Source: Rhodospirillaceae bacterium
GTDB lineage: Bacteria; Pseudomonadota; Alphaproteobacteria; Thalassobaculales; Thalassobaculaceae
NCBI GenBank assembly: GCA_018699735.1
Contig: JABIRP010000348.1
Span: forward strand, 1 to 62,193
Reading direction: 5' to 3'
Length of the DNA: 62,193 nucleotides
The notes under the pieces were generated by a model, which saw only the letters and a list, made by a program, of their open reading frames with translations, was not told the DNA's origin and did no database searches. Made by a program: the position numbers and the translations under genes. How positions within the stretch are numbered: the stretch's first letter is position 1; each line of letters opens with the position of its first letter. Positions 39,812-49,603 of this stretch are shown here, piece after piece.

Positions 39812-40621
39812 GTGAATGAGATCCAGCGAACCCGGTCATCGACGCAGGCGGCGGCGCGTGTGTTCAAATATTTTGGCCTCGTGGCGGCTTGTGTTCCGAT
39901 TTATTTGGCCTTGGCTTGCATTAGCCGCCGGAGTGCTGCCCGCATGGCAAGGCGGTTTCATCGTCTCTCGGCTCTGGCGATCGGGTTGCAGATCGATATC
40001 CGCGGCCAGCCATCAGATGGCGGCCCGACGCTGCTCGCCAGCAATCACGTCTCCTATCTCGATATTGTTGCCCTCGGTGCTTCGATAGAAGCCAGTTTCG
40101 TTGCCAAGTCCGAGGTCGCCAAGTGGCCATTTATAGGATTTCTGGCGTATCTGCAGCGAACAGAGTTCGTTCAGCGGACCGGTGGAGACGTCGCAGAGCA
40201 GCGCGACCGGTTGGCCCATAGGCTCTCGCGTGGCGACAATCTGATCCTGTTTCCCGAGGGAACAAGCTCAGATGGGGCACATGTTCTGCCGTTCAAGTCG
40301 CCGTTGTTCGACGCCGCCGTCAAGATGGGGGCGGGGACCAAGGTGCAGCCGGTCTCGGTTACCTACACCCGGCTTAACGATATCCCGCTCGGTCGTTCTC
40401 TTCGGCCCAATGTCGCTTGGTATGGTGATATGGATTTGATCCCGCATTTGCCGCGCGTCCTTTCGCTTGGCCGATTGAGTGTCGTGGTGGAGTTTCACCA
40501 ACCAATTGAGATCGACGGGGCGCGCGACAGAAAAGCCCTCGCGGCATATTGCGAGGCGGCGGTTCGGAGTGGGGTTGCGCGGGCGCTTTCAGGACGCCAC
40601 GAAAACCCGGGCTTTGCTTGA
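39812..40621 (+). CDS. olsA: PlsC-family lysophospholipid acyltransferase, probably OlsA (lyso-ornithine lipid O-acyltransferase)
   Basis: NHVSYLDI (H-x4-D motif) and FPEGTSSDG motif. Sits directly after the olsB-like gene. Start uncertain: GTG 39812 or TTG 39806; the track start at 39710 overlaps olsB. Confidence 0.65.
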   Translation: MNEIQRTRSSTQAAARVFKYFGLVAACVPIYLALACISRRSAARMARRFHRLSALAIGLQIDIRGQPSDGGPTLLASNHVSYLDIVALGASIEASFVAKSEVAKWPFIGFLAYLQRTEFVQRTGGDVAEQRDRLAHRLSRGDNLILFPEGTSSDGAHVLPFKSPLFDAAVKMGAGTKVQPVSVTYTRLNDIPLGRSLRPNVAWYGDMDLIPHLPRVLSLGRLSVVVEFHQPIEIDGARDRKALAAYCEAAVRSGVARALSGRHENPGFA

Positions 40622-40719
40622 CTTGCCTTGCGCCAGTGTTACTCTTGACCTCTAACGATCAGGTACATACGGGACCCATTGGAATGACCGTTGTTTCCGT
40701 CGCGATCGACCCGACCGAG

Positions 40720-40742
40720 TATTGGACTCGATATTGGACTCG
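40720..40742. repeat. Short direct repeat tattggactcg x2 (12-bp period) at the miaB start region
   Basis: tattggactcg at 40720-40730 and again at 40732-40742. Confidence 0.8.
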
Positions 40743-42140
40743 GTGGTAGTCGCGGCCTTGAAAAAGAAAGTTCTGATAAAAACTTACGGCTGTCAGATGA
40801 ACGTCTATGACTCCGCCCGGATGGCGGATGTCTTGGCGCCGTTGGGTTATGGTCCCACCGACACACTTGACGGTGCGGACATGGTGATCCTCAACACCTG
40901 TCATATTCGTGAGAAGGCGAGCGAGAAGGTGTTCTCCGAACTCGGTCGGATTCGCGCCGAGAAAAACCGTGCCCGCGAACGGGGTGTGGAGATGATCGTG
41001 GCGGTTGCTGGTTGCGTCGCGCAGGCTGAGGGCGAGGAGATCATGGCCCGGGCGCCGTACGTGGATTTGGTGTTTGGTCCGCAGGCCTATCATCGCTTGC
41101 CGGAAATGATCGCGGCGGCGGATCCGTCAGCGCGTCATCCCGTTGTCGACACCGAATTCCCCGTCGAGAGCAAGTTTGACTTTTTGCCAGAGCCCAGCGC
41201 TGGCTCTAATTGCTCTGCGTTTTTGAGCGTGCAGGAAGGCTGTGATAAGTTTTGCTCGTTTTGTGTCGTCCCTTACACTCGTGGCGCCGAGTATTCGCGC
41301 CCGGTGGCGGCGGTGCTGAGAGAGGCTCGGAGCCTCGTCTCACAGGGCATCTCGGAGATCACGCTTCTGGGCCAGAACGTGAATGCCTATCACGGAGAAG
41401 GTTCCGGAAGTGGGGACTGGGGGCTGGGTCGCCTGATCCGCGAGTTGGCGGAGATCGACGGGCTGGACCGTATTCGCTATATGACCTCGCATCCGCTTGA
41501 CGTCGATGACGATCTGATTTCTGCGCATGGTGAAGTTCCGGCGTTGATGCCCTATTTACATTTACCAGTGCAATCCGGCTCGGATCCGGTTCTGTCTGCG
41601 ATGAACCGACGGCATACGGCCGACGACTATCGCCGTGTCGTGGACCGATTGCGATCGGCGCGGCCGGATCTGGCATTTTCATCAGACTTCATCGTCGGGC
41701 ATCCGGGAGAGAGCGACCAAGATTTCGCCGACACACTGCGTTTGGTCTCCGATATCGGTTATGCCCAGGCCTATTCTTTCAAGTATTCTGCCCGACCAGG
41801 TACTCCGGCGGCGCAGACCACTGAGCAAGTGCCCGAAGCGATCAAATCCGAACGCCTGCAATCCTTGCAACAGCTTCTTGGCGCGCAACAGCTTGCGTTC
41901 AATCAGAGCGCTGCGGGTACGAACCAGGACGTATTGGTCGAGCGCCATGGCAATCGTGCCGGCCAATTGGTTGGGCGCGGCCCCTACATGCAGGCGGTTC
42001 ATTTCGATGGACCGGAACGCCTGCTCAATACGTTGGTTGATGTTAAGATTCTTGAGGGTTTTGCGAACAGTCTCGCCGGCGAGGTGGTCACCGGGGTCTC
42101 CGTGCCTGGCGGCGAGCCAATCGAAAGGGCTATCGCTTGA
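40722..42140 (+). CDS. miaB: tRNA-i6A37 methylthiotransferase MiaB
   Basis: KTYGCQMNVYDS (UPF0004 domain), radical-SAM CDKFCSFCVVPYTRG, and a TRAM-like C-terminus. Start is TTG 40722 or GTG 40743. Confidence 0.95.
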   Translation: MDSILDSVVVAALKKKVLIKTYGCQMNVYDSARMADVLAPLGYGPTDTLDGADMVILNTCHIREKASEKVFSELGRIRAEKNRARERGVEMIVAVAGCVAQAEGEEIMARAPYVDLVFGPQAYHRLPEMIAAADPSARHPVVDTEFPVESKFDFLPEPSAGSNCSAFLSVQEGCDKFCSFCVVPYTRGAEYSRPVAAVLREARSLVSQGISEITLLGQNVNAYHGEGSGSGDWGLGRLIRELAEIDGLDRIRYMTSHPLDVDDDLISAHGEVPALMPYLHLPVQSGSDPVLSAMNRRHTADDYRRVVDRLRSARPDLAFSSDFIVGHPGESDQDFADTLRLVSDIGYAQAYSFKYSARPGTPAAQTTEQVPEAIKSERLQSLQQLLGAQQLAFNQSAAGTNQDVLVERHGNRAGQLVGRGPYMQAVHFDGPERLLNTLVDVKILEGFANSLAGEVVTGVSVPGGEPIERAIA

Positions 42141-43162
42141 GCACCGAAACGATCGGCACCAGCGCCATCCAGCTGGAATTTGACGATCACGGCCTGCTAC
42201 CATTTCTTTTCGGCGACCATGACCGCAATTTGGCGCGGATTGAGCAAAAGCTTGGCGTTTCCTTGGCCTGTTTTGGAAATACCGTACGAATTTCCGGTGA
42301 GGAGGGCGCGTGCGCTACGGCGCGAACGACGCTCGAATCGCTCTACGGCAGACTTGCGGGCGAACGAGACTCCGGTGGCGGCGTGGTGCCGTTGGAACTT
42401 GGGATCGTTGATGCGGCGATCAAATATGCCGCTGTCGAAGATTCCGGTGGCGGCGATGACGCGCGTTTTGACGACAGGTCGGCCACTCTCGGAACATGGC
42501 GGCGCGGCGTCGAGCCACGCTCCCCCAACCAGCACGCCTATATCGAAGCCTTGCGGCGGGATGAGTTGGTTTTCGGTCTCGGTCCTGCCGGAACCGGTAA
42601 AACCTATCTCGCCGTCGCCATGGCTGTGGCCATGCTGAAAGAACGCAAGGTAGACCGCCTGATCCTATCGCGCCCGGCGGTCGAGGCTGGCGAGCGGCTG
42701 GGATTTTTGCCTGGGGACCTGCGCGAGAAGATCGACCCATACCTTCGCCCGCTCTATGACGCGCTTTACGACATGATGTCGGGTGAGCAGGTCGAACGTC
42801 AGCTGGCGGCCGGTGAGATCGAGGTTGCGCCCCTCGCCTTCATGCGCGGACGGACCTTGTCGAATGCCTTCGTCATCCTGGATGAGGCGCAGAACACCAC
42901 ACCGACCCAAATGAAGATGTTTCTGACGCGGCTTGGCGAGAACTCTCGCATGGTGGTGACCGGAGATTTATCTCAGATCGATTTGCCGTTTGGCGCCAAA
43001 TCAGGTTTGCGGGACGCGACCGACACCTTGAAAGGGGTGAAGGGCATTTCCTATGTGGAGTTCACGGCCGCTGACGTCGTGCGCCATCCGTTGGTGACCC
43101 GCATTGTGCATGCGTATAACCGTAAAGAAGGCCCGCTTATTTCCGAGGATAACAAGCAATGA
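42137..43162 (+). CDS. ybeZ: PhoH-like ATPase (YbeZ)
   Basis: Walker A GPAGTGKTYLAVAMAV and DEAQN. The TTG 42137 start overlaps the miaB stop (TTGA). Confidence 0.92.
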   Translation: MSTETIGTSAIQLEFDDHGLLPFLFGDHDRNLARIEQKLGVSLACFGNTVRISGEEGACATARTTLESLYGRLAGERDSGGGVVPLELGIVDAAIKYAAVEDSGGGDDARFDDRSATLGTWRRGVEPRSPNQHAYIEALRRDELVFGLGPAGTGKTYLAVAMAVAMLKERKVDRLILSRPAVEAGERLGFLPGDLREKIDPYLRPLYDALYDMMSGEQVERQLAAGEIEVAPLAFMRGRTLSNAFVILDEAQNTTPTQMKMFLTRLGENSRMVVTGDLSQIDLPFGAKSGLRDATDTLKGVKGISYVEFTAADVVRHPLVTRIVHAYNRKEGPLISEDNKQ

Positions 43163-43740
43163 CCGTTGGGACACTTGGCGGCGTCGAGTTGGTGCCCGAA
43201 CCGGAACCTGGAAGTACCAGCGGGACCGCGATGCCTGAGCAGGCAGTGGAGATCGCGGTCTCGACAATTGCCGGAGCCTGGAATGATGACGATGAAGGGC
43301 TCTGCCAACGTGCCGCCGGGGCGGCCCTTCGGGGCCGGGCCGCAACTTGCACGGAACTCAGTCTTGTCCTGGCAGATGACGCGACGGTGCGGCGCCTGAA
43401 CCACGAATATCGCGGTAAAGACAGCGCTACCAACGTGCTGTCCTTCCCGCCGGCCTTTGATGACGAAACTCTCTTGGGTGATGTGGTGCTTGCCGAGGAA
43501 ACCGTGCGGCGAGAGGCGGTCGAGCAGGGTAAGGCCCGAGCCGATCACGCAACGCATCTGGTCGTTCACGGATGCCTGCATCTTTTGGGATACGATCACG
43601 AAGACGACGAAGAGGCCCGGCGCATGGAGGCGCTGGAAGTTGAGATATTAGCCACGCTCGGGGTCGCGGACCCCTATCAGGAGGTCGAGTTCCAAGCGGA
43701 TGGGGGCCAGGTGGGCGCGATTGGAGGTGAGCATGGCTAA
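43159..43740 (+). CDS. ybeY: rRNA maturation endoribonuclease YbeY
   Basis: Zinc motif HLVVHGCLHLLGYDH. ATG 43159 overlaps the ybeZ stop (ATGA). Confidence 0.92.
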   Translation: MTVGTLGGVELVPEPEPGSTSGTAMPEQAVEIAVSTIAGAWNDDDEGLCQRAAGAALRGRAATCTELSLVLADDATVRRLNHEYRGKDSATNVLSFPPAFDDETLLGDVVLAEETVRREAVEQGKARADHATHLVVHGCLHLLGYDHEDDEEARRMEALEVEILATLGVADPYQEVEFQADGGQVGAIGGEHG

Positions 43741-44617
43741 CGGATATGCTGAATCCGGCGCAGCACGAGGCCCCCTAAAACGTCTCCTCCGGTCACTCGG
43801 CCTGTCGCGCAACGGCGGGACGACGGTGCGCGACACGATCGAAGAATTGATCGAGGAAAAAAGCGAAGACGAGGTTGAGATCGACCTGCACGAACGGGCC
43901 TTGATCCGCAACGTGCTTGGCTTGCGGGATATTTCCGCCGTCGATGTCATGGTGCCACGCGCCGATATCTTCGGTGTCGATGTATCAACGTCGCTTTCCG
44001 ACCTTGCGGCCCAGATGGCCGAGGTGGCGCATTCCCGATTACCGGTCTACCGCGAGACCTTGGACGATGTGGTCGGCATGGTTCACATCAAGGATGTGCT
44101 GGCTCATCTGCAAGGTGAGCAGGATCTACCGCTCTCCCGGCTACTGCGCGAGGTCCTGTTCGTGGCGCCGTCAATCAGAGCATTGGATTTGCTGCACGAG
44201 ATGCGGGTTACCAGACGCCATCTGGCGCTTGTGGTCGACGAGTACGGTGGCATCGACGGGTTGATCACAGTCGAGGACCTGGTCGAGGAGATCGTCGGCG
44301 AGATCGTTGACGAGCACGACGCGGTCGAGGGTCCGAAACTGGTTCGTCAAGCTGATGGCACGGTGCTGGCCGACGGGCGGGCCACGGTCGAGGAGTTCGA
44401 AGATTTTTACGGGCCGGTCCTCACCGAAGAAGAGCGGGACGAAATCGATACGCTGGGCGGGCTCGTCGCCAATTTTGCCGGGCGCGTGGTGCGTCGTGGT
44501 GAGGTGATCCACTACCTGTCAGGCCTGGATTTCGAAATCGTCGATAGCGACCCGAGGCGAGTCAAGACACTGCGGATCCGAGAAACCGGCGGGAGCGGGG
44601 ACACCGCTGGTGATTGA
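43733..44617 (+). CDS. corC: CBS-pair / CorC_HlyC domain protein (CorC/YbeX family)
   Basis: ATG 43733 (MANGYAES) is preceded by ggaggtga. Tandem CBS region ([11 protein letters not shown]...VHIKDVL) plus the C-terminal transporter-associated domain. Confidence 0.88.
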   Translation: MANGYAESGAARGPLKRLLRSLGLSRNGGTTVRDTIEELIEEKSEDEVEIDLHERALIRNVLGLRDISAVDVMVPRADIFGVDVSTSLSDLAAQMAEVAHSRLPVYRETLDDVVGMVHIKDVLAHLQGEQDLPLSRLLREVLFVAPSIRALDLLHEMRVTRRHLALVVDEYGGIDGLITVEDLVEEIVGEIVDEHDAVEGPKLVRQADGTVLADGRATVEEFEDFYGPVLTEEERDEIDTLGGLVANFAGRVVRRGEVIHYLSGLDFEIVDSDPRRVKTLRIRETGGSGDTAGD

Positions 44618-46241
44618 GGCGCTTGCGCGCCGCTTGAGCACCCGCCTTGCCGCCTTCGCTGGATGGCGGTTGTTCGCGATTGCGCTTGTGTTAGGCGCCG
44701 TGGCGGCATCAGCGTTGCCGCCGGTGCATTTTCTCCCTGGAGTATTCGCCTTCGCGGGCCTCGCCTGGCTGTTGCGGTCTGCCGGCAGTCTTTGGAAAGC
44801 ATTTGCACTCGGTTGGGCCTTCGCCTTCGGCTATCACGTGGCCGGTCTTTATTGGATCGCAAATGCCATGTTGGTCGACAGTGCGCGGCACGCCTGGGCG
44901 GTGCCACTGGCGGCAGCGGGGTTGCCGGCGATCCTTGCCATATTCGGTGGTTTAGCGACGCTGGCGGTGTGGAGTGTCCGGCCTTGGATGTTTGGGCCTT
45001 GGATGTTTGGGCGCCCAGCGAGCGAAGCCTTGTTGCTTGCCGGTGTCTGGAGCATTGCCGAATGGTTACGCGGCACACTCTTCACGGGGTTTCCTTGGAA
45101 CCTGTCGGCCTATGTCTGGACGCAATCGGAACCGATGATGCAGGTGGCGGCATTCGTCGGGGCTTACGGATTGAGTTTCCTCACTCTGGTTCTTGCGGTG
45201 GCGCCTTCCGCTCTTGGCAGGCCGGGGCTTTCGGGTCGACGGTTGGTCCTTGCATGTTTGGTCGGGACGGTTTCGATCTGGGGGTTTGGGAGTTGGCGCT
45301 TGGCCTCCAACCCGACGGAAACCGTTGACGGCGTTGTGCTGAGACTAGTGCAGCCCAACATCGCGCAGCGGGATAAATGGCGCCCGGAAATGCGCCGAGC
45401 TCATCTTGACCGATATCTGGAGATGAGCCGACAAGTTAAGGCAGATAAACGCTCCGCCGGACTGTCGACGAACGTGCGACCAACACATGTGATCTGGCCG
45501 GAAACAGCGGTTCCGTATTTTCTCGGTGAAGACGAAAACCTGACCCGACTGATTGCGACGGCGGCACCGCCTGGCGGTGCGATTGTCACCGGAGCTCCCC
45601 GCGTTAACCGCGAGGCTGGACCTCGAGTCTACAACAGCCTGTTCGCGATCACCCGCGAGGGTGGTGTGGTGGCGCGGTACGATAAGGTGCATCTGGTGCC
45701 ATTTGGCGAGTACATGCCGTTGCGCAACTGGATTGAAATCGCGCCGATCGTTCAATCCTTTCAGGATTTTACTCCGGGGCCTGGATTGGTCTCGCTGGCG
45801 GTTCCAGGGTTGCCCGCGATCTCACCGCTGATCTGCTATGAGATTATCTTCTCAGGAGCCGTGATACCGGCCGATCAACCCCGGCCCGCGATGCTCCTGA
45901 ACCTTACAAATGATGCCTGGTATGGTCACAGCTCGGGTCCGTATCAGCATTTCGCTATCAGTCGGATGCGCGCGATTGAAGAGGGCGTGGCACTGGTTCG
46001 CGCCGCGAACACAGGCATATCCGGTGTGGTTGATCCGATGGGGCGGATCACCGCGAAGCTCGACCTTGGAGCCCGCGGTGTGATCGATGCGGAATTGCCG
46101 TCGCCGCTGGCCTCACCGACGGTGTTCTCGTCGGTTGGCAATTGGGCATTCTTAGCATTGATATTTGCGGCCGGCATAATCGGCGCAATTCCAACAATCC
46201 TCACCGCCATCTCGAAAGCCGTACGATCTCGCGAGCGTTAA
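44610..46241 (+). CDS. lnt: Apolipoprotein N-acyltransferase
   Basis: 543 aa. An N-terminal multi-TM region with FPWN, a C-terminal CN-hydrolase domain (RLVQPNIAQ...VIWPETAVP...ICYEIIF), and the ybeZYX-lnt gene order. Confidence 0.92.
   Translation: MIEALARRLSTRLAAFAGWRLFAIALVLGAVAASALPPVHFLPGVFAFAGLAWLLRSAGSLWKAFALGWAFAFGYHVAGLYWIANAMLVDSARHAWAVPLAAAGLPAILAIFGGLATLAVWSVRPWMFGPWMFGRPASEALLLAGVWSIAEWLRGTLFTGFPWNLSAYVWTQSEPMMQVAAFVGAYGLSFLTLVLAVAPSALGRPGLSGRRLVLACLVGTVSIWGFGSWRLASNPTETVDGVVLRLVQPNIAQRDKWRPEMRRAHLDRYLEMSRQVKADKRSAGLSTNVRPTHVIWPETAVPYFLGEDENLTRLIATAAPPGGAIVTGAPRVNREAGPRVYNSLFAITREGGVVARYDKVHLVPFGEYMPLRNWIEIAPIVQSFQDFTPGPGLVSLAVPGLPAISPLICYEIIFSGAVIPADQPRPAMLLNLTNDAWYGHSSGPYQHFAISRMRAIEEGVALVRAANTGISGVVDPMGRITAKLDLGARGVIDAELPSPLASPTVFSSVGNWAFLALIFAAGIIGAIPTILTAISKAVRSRER
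44982..45011. repeat. Perfect 15-bp in-frame tandem duplication inside lnt (PWMFG x2)
   Basis: ccttggatgtttggg at 44982-44996 and identically at 44997-45011. Confidence 0.95.
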
Positions 46242-46306
46242 GGCTTGACCGCATACCATTGTATGGTGCAAAAACTTTGTCGTACCAAACGCAAGCGGAT
46301 GGGGTT

Positions 46307-46783
46307 ATGGCTGAGAAAAAGACCACAAGGCGTCGCCAGTTCGGCCGGACCGCGAGCATTGGAAAACCCAATCCGATCGACGTGCATGTCGGTGTCCGAA
46401 TCCGATTGCGGCGAACTCTTATGGGGCTCAGCCAAGAGAAACTCGGCGACGCGTTGGGCCTGACGTTTCAACAAATTCAAAAGTACGAGCGTGGCGCCAA
46501 CCGTGTCGGGTCAAGCCGTTTGTTCGATCTGAGCCGCGTGCTGGAAGTTCCGGTCTCATATTTCTTTGATGACATGCCGGGCGAAGTCAGCAGCCAGTCG
46601 CCGGGCCAGCTCTACGCCGATCGTCGTGATCCCAATCCGTATGACGTGGCTGCCGATCCAATGGCGCGGCGCGAGACGCTTGAACTGGTGCGGGCTTATT
46701 ATGGAATTACTGACGTCGAAGCGCGCCGTAAGTTCTACGAATTGGCCCGTGCCCTTGCGTCGACCATGAGCGGCGAAGAGTAA
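46307..46783 (+). CDS. XRE-family helix-turn-helix transcriptional regulator
   Basis: ATG 46307 (MAEKKTTRRR). HTH region IRLRRTLMGLSQEKLGDALGLTFQQIQKYERGANRVGSSRLFDLSRVL. The track ORF from 46142 overlaps lnt. Confidence 0.8.
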   Translation: MAEKKTTRRRQFGRTASIGKPNPIDVHVGVRIRLRRTLMGLSQEKLGDALGLTFQQIQKYERGANRVGSSRLFDLSRVLEVPVSYFFDDMPGEVSSQSPGQLYADRRDPNPYDVAADPMARRETLELVRAYYGITDVEARRKFYELARALASTMSGEE

Positions 46784-46957
46784 CGATCAATTTCGGCGGG
46801 CCGTCGAACGCCAAGGTTTTTCTTGACCGACCAATCCAAACCCTGCAAAGACACTCGGCCCTTGTCAAAGGGGTTAGGCGGAGCTGTGCTGTATGCCGTG
46901 AGGGTGCAGTGGACCCGCCATTCCATTTGACCCACCAGCTCTGCCGCGGAGGCTCCG

Positions 46958-48127
46958 TTGAATCAGTCCAATTATGTCTTCACAAGCGAATCCGTATCCG
47001 AGGGACATCCCGACAAGGTTTGCGATCGCATTTCCGACACCATCGTTGATCTGTTTCTTGGTGCCGATCCGCATTCGCGCGTCGCTTGCGAAACATTGGC
47101 AACGACAAACCGGCTGGTTCTGGCTGGTGAAGTTCGGGGTCCAGGCTCAATCACTCGGGACTTGATGGAAGAGAAGGTTCGCGCGGCGGTTAAGGATATT
47201 GGTTACGAGCAGGACGGCTTTCATTGGAAAAATGCCGAGGTCGAAATTCTGCTGCACGAACAGTCCGGCGATATCGCGCAGGGCGTTGATGCGGCCGGCA
47301 ACAAGGACGAGGGTGCAGGCGACCAGGGCATCATGTTCGGCTATGCCTGCACCGAAACCGATGCGTTGATGCCGGCTCCGATCCATTTCAGCCACGAAAT
47401 CCTGCGTCGCATGGCCGATGCCCGACATTCCGGCGCGGTTAAGGGCTTCGGGCCGGACTCGAAAAGCCAGGTCACTCTGCAGTACGAAAATGGCAAGCCC
47501 GTGGGTGCGACCTCGGTCGTGGTTTCGACCCAGCATGACGGAGACTTGGATCAGGTGCAGGTCCGCGAGTTGGTTCGCCCGTTCGTGCTCGACGTGCTGC
47601 CCGACGGCTGGATGTGCCCGGAAGACCAATTATACGTAAACCCAACGGGGCGGTTTGTTGTTGGCGGCCCGGATGGTGACGCCGGCCTGACCGGCCGAAA
47701 GATCATTGTTGATACCTACGGCGGCGCGGCGCCACACGGCGGTGGCGCCTTTTCCGGTAAAGACCCGACCAAGGTCGATCGCTCCGCCGCCTATGCCGCG
47801 CGCTGGGTTGCAAAGAACGTTGTCGCCGCCGGACTGGCCGAGAAATGCGTCATCCAGGTCGCCTATGCGATCGGTGTCTCGCATCCGTTGTCAGTCTATG
47901 TGGATGATTATGGCACTGGTTCGGTGGACTTGGTCCGCTTGGGTGAAGTCATTCAAGAGGTGGTCGATCTGTCGCCGCGCGGCATTCGCGAGCGCCTGTC
48001 GCTGTCTAATCCAATCTATGCCCGCTCTGCTGCTTATGGCCATTTCGGCCGTGAGCCAGATGATCAGGGCGGCTTCACGTGGGAGCGGTTGGATCTGGTC
48101 GACGACCTCAAAGGGGCGTTTTCCTAA
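46958..48127 (+). CDS. metK: S-adenosylmethionine synthase
   Basis: [44 protein letters not shown] 46958 with ggagg 5 nt upstream. Confidence 0.97.
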   Translation: MNQSNYVFTSESVSEGHPDKVCDRISDTIVDLFLGADPHSRVACETLATTNRLVLAGEVRGPGSITRDLMEEKVRAAVKDIGYEQDGFHWKNAEVEILLHEQSGDIAQGVDAAGNKDEGAGDQGIMFGYACTETDALMPAPIHFSHEILRRMADARHSGAVKGFGPDSKSQVTLQYENGKPVGATSVVVSTQHDGDLDQVQVRELVRPFVLDVLPDGWMCPEDQLYVNPTGRFVVGGPDGDAGLTGRKIIVDTYGGAAPHGGGAFSGKDPTKVDRSAAYAARWVAKNVVAAGLAEKCVIQVAYAIGVSHPLSVYVDDYGTGSVDLVRLGEVIQEVVDLSPRGIRERLSLSNPIYARSAAYGHFGREPDDQGGFTWERLDLVDDLKGAFS

Positions 48128-48151
48128 CGCGTTGACGCTTGGAGCAAAGAG

Positions 48152-48904
48152 ATGAACGCGTCCTCCGGGAATTCGGGCGACGCCGGCTCGGTGCATCGGA
48201 TCTTCTACGGGCGCCGTCGAGGCCGAAAGCTCAGGGCGTCGATGAGCGCGTTGTTGGAAGAAGATCTGCCGAAACTGGCGATTGATCCGCCTGGCGACGG
48301 CGAAACCCTCGACCCGACGACGCTGTTCACACATCAACCCCGAGAGATCTGGTTGGAAATCGGTTTTGGCGCCGGCGAGCATTTGGCTTGGCAAGCGGAC
48401 GTCAATCGGGATGTTGGTATCGTCGGCGGTGAGCCGTTCTTGAACGGCGTGGCGAGCCTGCTGCGTCATCGCAGGAACCTTGGCGTCGACAATATTCGCG
48501 TCTATGCCGATGATGTTCGGCCTTTGTTGGACCATTTGGCCGACGGGTCGTTTTCCCGCATCTTCGTATTGTTTCCTGACCCATGGCCCAAGACCCGGCA
48601 CCATTTTCGCCGCATCGTTCAGGCTGAGACCATAGCGTCGTTCCACAGATTGCTGAGCCCAGGCGGTGAATTGCGGCTCGCAACCGACGACATGGAATAC
48701 TTGCGTTGGATGCTTGCCCGCGTGTTGCGCCAGGGTGGATTCCAGTGGCTCGCCAAGGGGCCGCGAGATTGGCGTGAAAGGCCTGAGGACTGGCCGGCCA
48801 CGCGCTATGAAGAGAAGGCCCGAGAGGCCGGGCGCAGCCCGTGCTTTTTACGCTTTGTCCGAAATGGTGGAACCGGTTGTGCTGGCCTAGCCGGCGGGCG
48901 CTGA
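48152..48904 (+). CDS. trmB: tRNA (guanine46-N7)-methyltransferase
   Basis: EIGFGAGEHL SAM-binding motif and FPDPWPKTRHHFRR signature. Confidence 0.9.
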   Translation: MNASSGNSGDAGSVHRIFYGRRRGRKLRASMSALLEEDLPKLAIDPPGDGETLDPTTLFTHQPREIWLEIGFGAGEHLAWQADVNRDVGIVGGEPFLNGVASLLRHRRNLGVDNIRVYADDVRPLLDHLADGSFSRIFVLFPDPWPKTRHHFRRIVQAETIASFHRLLSPGGELRLATDDMEYLRWMLARVLRQGGFQWLAKGPRDWRERPEDWPATRYEEKAREAGRSPCFLRFVRNGGTGCAGLAGGR

Positions 48905-48973
48905 ATTTCCTTGATGCAGGGGTGGAAATACGTATAGTCCGCTCACTCCAGTCTGTTCGTAAGTTAAGTGGTT

Positions 48974-49000
48974 GGTGGGCCGGTGGCCCACCTTTTCGTT
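48974..49000 (+). terminator. Candidate intrinsic terminator downstream of trmB
   Basis: ggtgggcc (48974-48981), ggt, ggcccacc (48985-48992), followed by ttttcgtt. The loop is very short, so this call is tentative. Confidence 0.45.
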
Positions 49001-49065
49001 CTGGCGACCGTTTGTTGGCTGTGTGATGGCCGAAATGTTGCTGGACGAAACGTGAAGGAACGCAG

Positions 49066-49566
49066 TTGTCCGAAGAGTTGACCGAGCGTGTGGCGAAGAT
49101 GATCGAACCTTCCATCGAAGCGATGGGATTCGATCTGGTTCGCGTCAGTTTTGGTGGCGGTGAGCGCTCAACGCTTCAGATCATGATCGAACGGACGGAC
49201 CTTGCGGAATTGACAGTCGAACACTGCGCTGACGTCAGTCGCGCGGCTTCGGCGATACTTGATGTGGAAGACCCGATCTCCGGTGAATATCAGCTTGAAG
49301 TGAGTTCGCCGGGCATCGATCGCCCGCTCACAAGGTTTGGCGATTACGAACGGTTTGCCGGGTTTGAGGCCAAAGTCGAGTTGGCGCGCGGCATTGATGG
49401 CCGCAAGCGCTTTCGCGGCCGGCTTATGGGTGTGGAAGGTGAAGAATTGGTTGTTGTCGAGCATGTGGAGGGCGATCCCTGGCGGTTGCCGTTCCACGAC
49501 ATTCGCTCGGCCAAATTGGTTATGACGGACGAGTTGTTGAAGGCGGCCGAAAGTGGGGCAGCCTGA
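49066..49566 (+). CDS. rimP: Ribosome maturation factor RimP
   Basis: IEPSIEAMGFDLVRVSF...LQIMIER...YQLEVSSPGIDRPL. TTG 49066 with gaaggaa upstream, directly 5' of nusA. Confidence 0.88.
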   Translation: MSEELTERVAKMIEPSIEAMGFDLVRVSFGGGERSTLQIMIERTDLAELTVEHCADVSRAASAILDVEDPISGEYQLEVSSPGIDRPLTRFGDYERFAGFEAKVELARGIDGRKRFRGRLMGVEGEELVVVEHVEGDPWRLPFHDIRSAKLVMTDELLKAAESGAA

Positions 49567-49603
49567 TGCGTGATGTGACACAAGGGAAAAACGGGCGGGA
49601 TCT

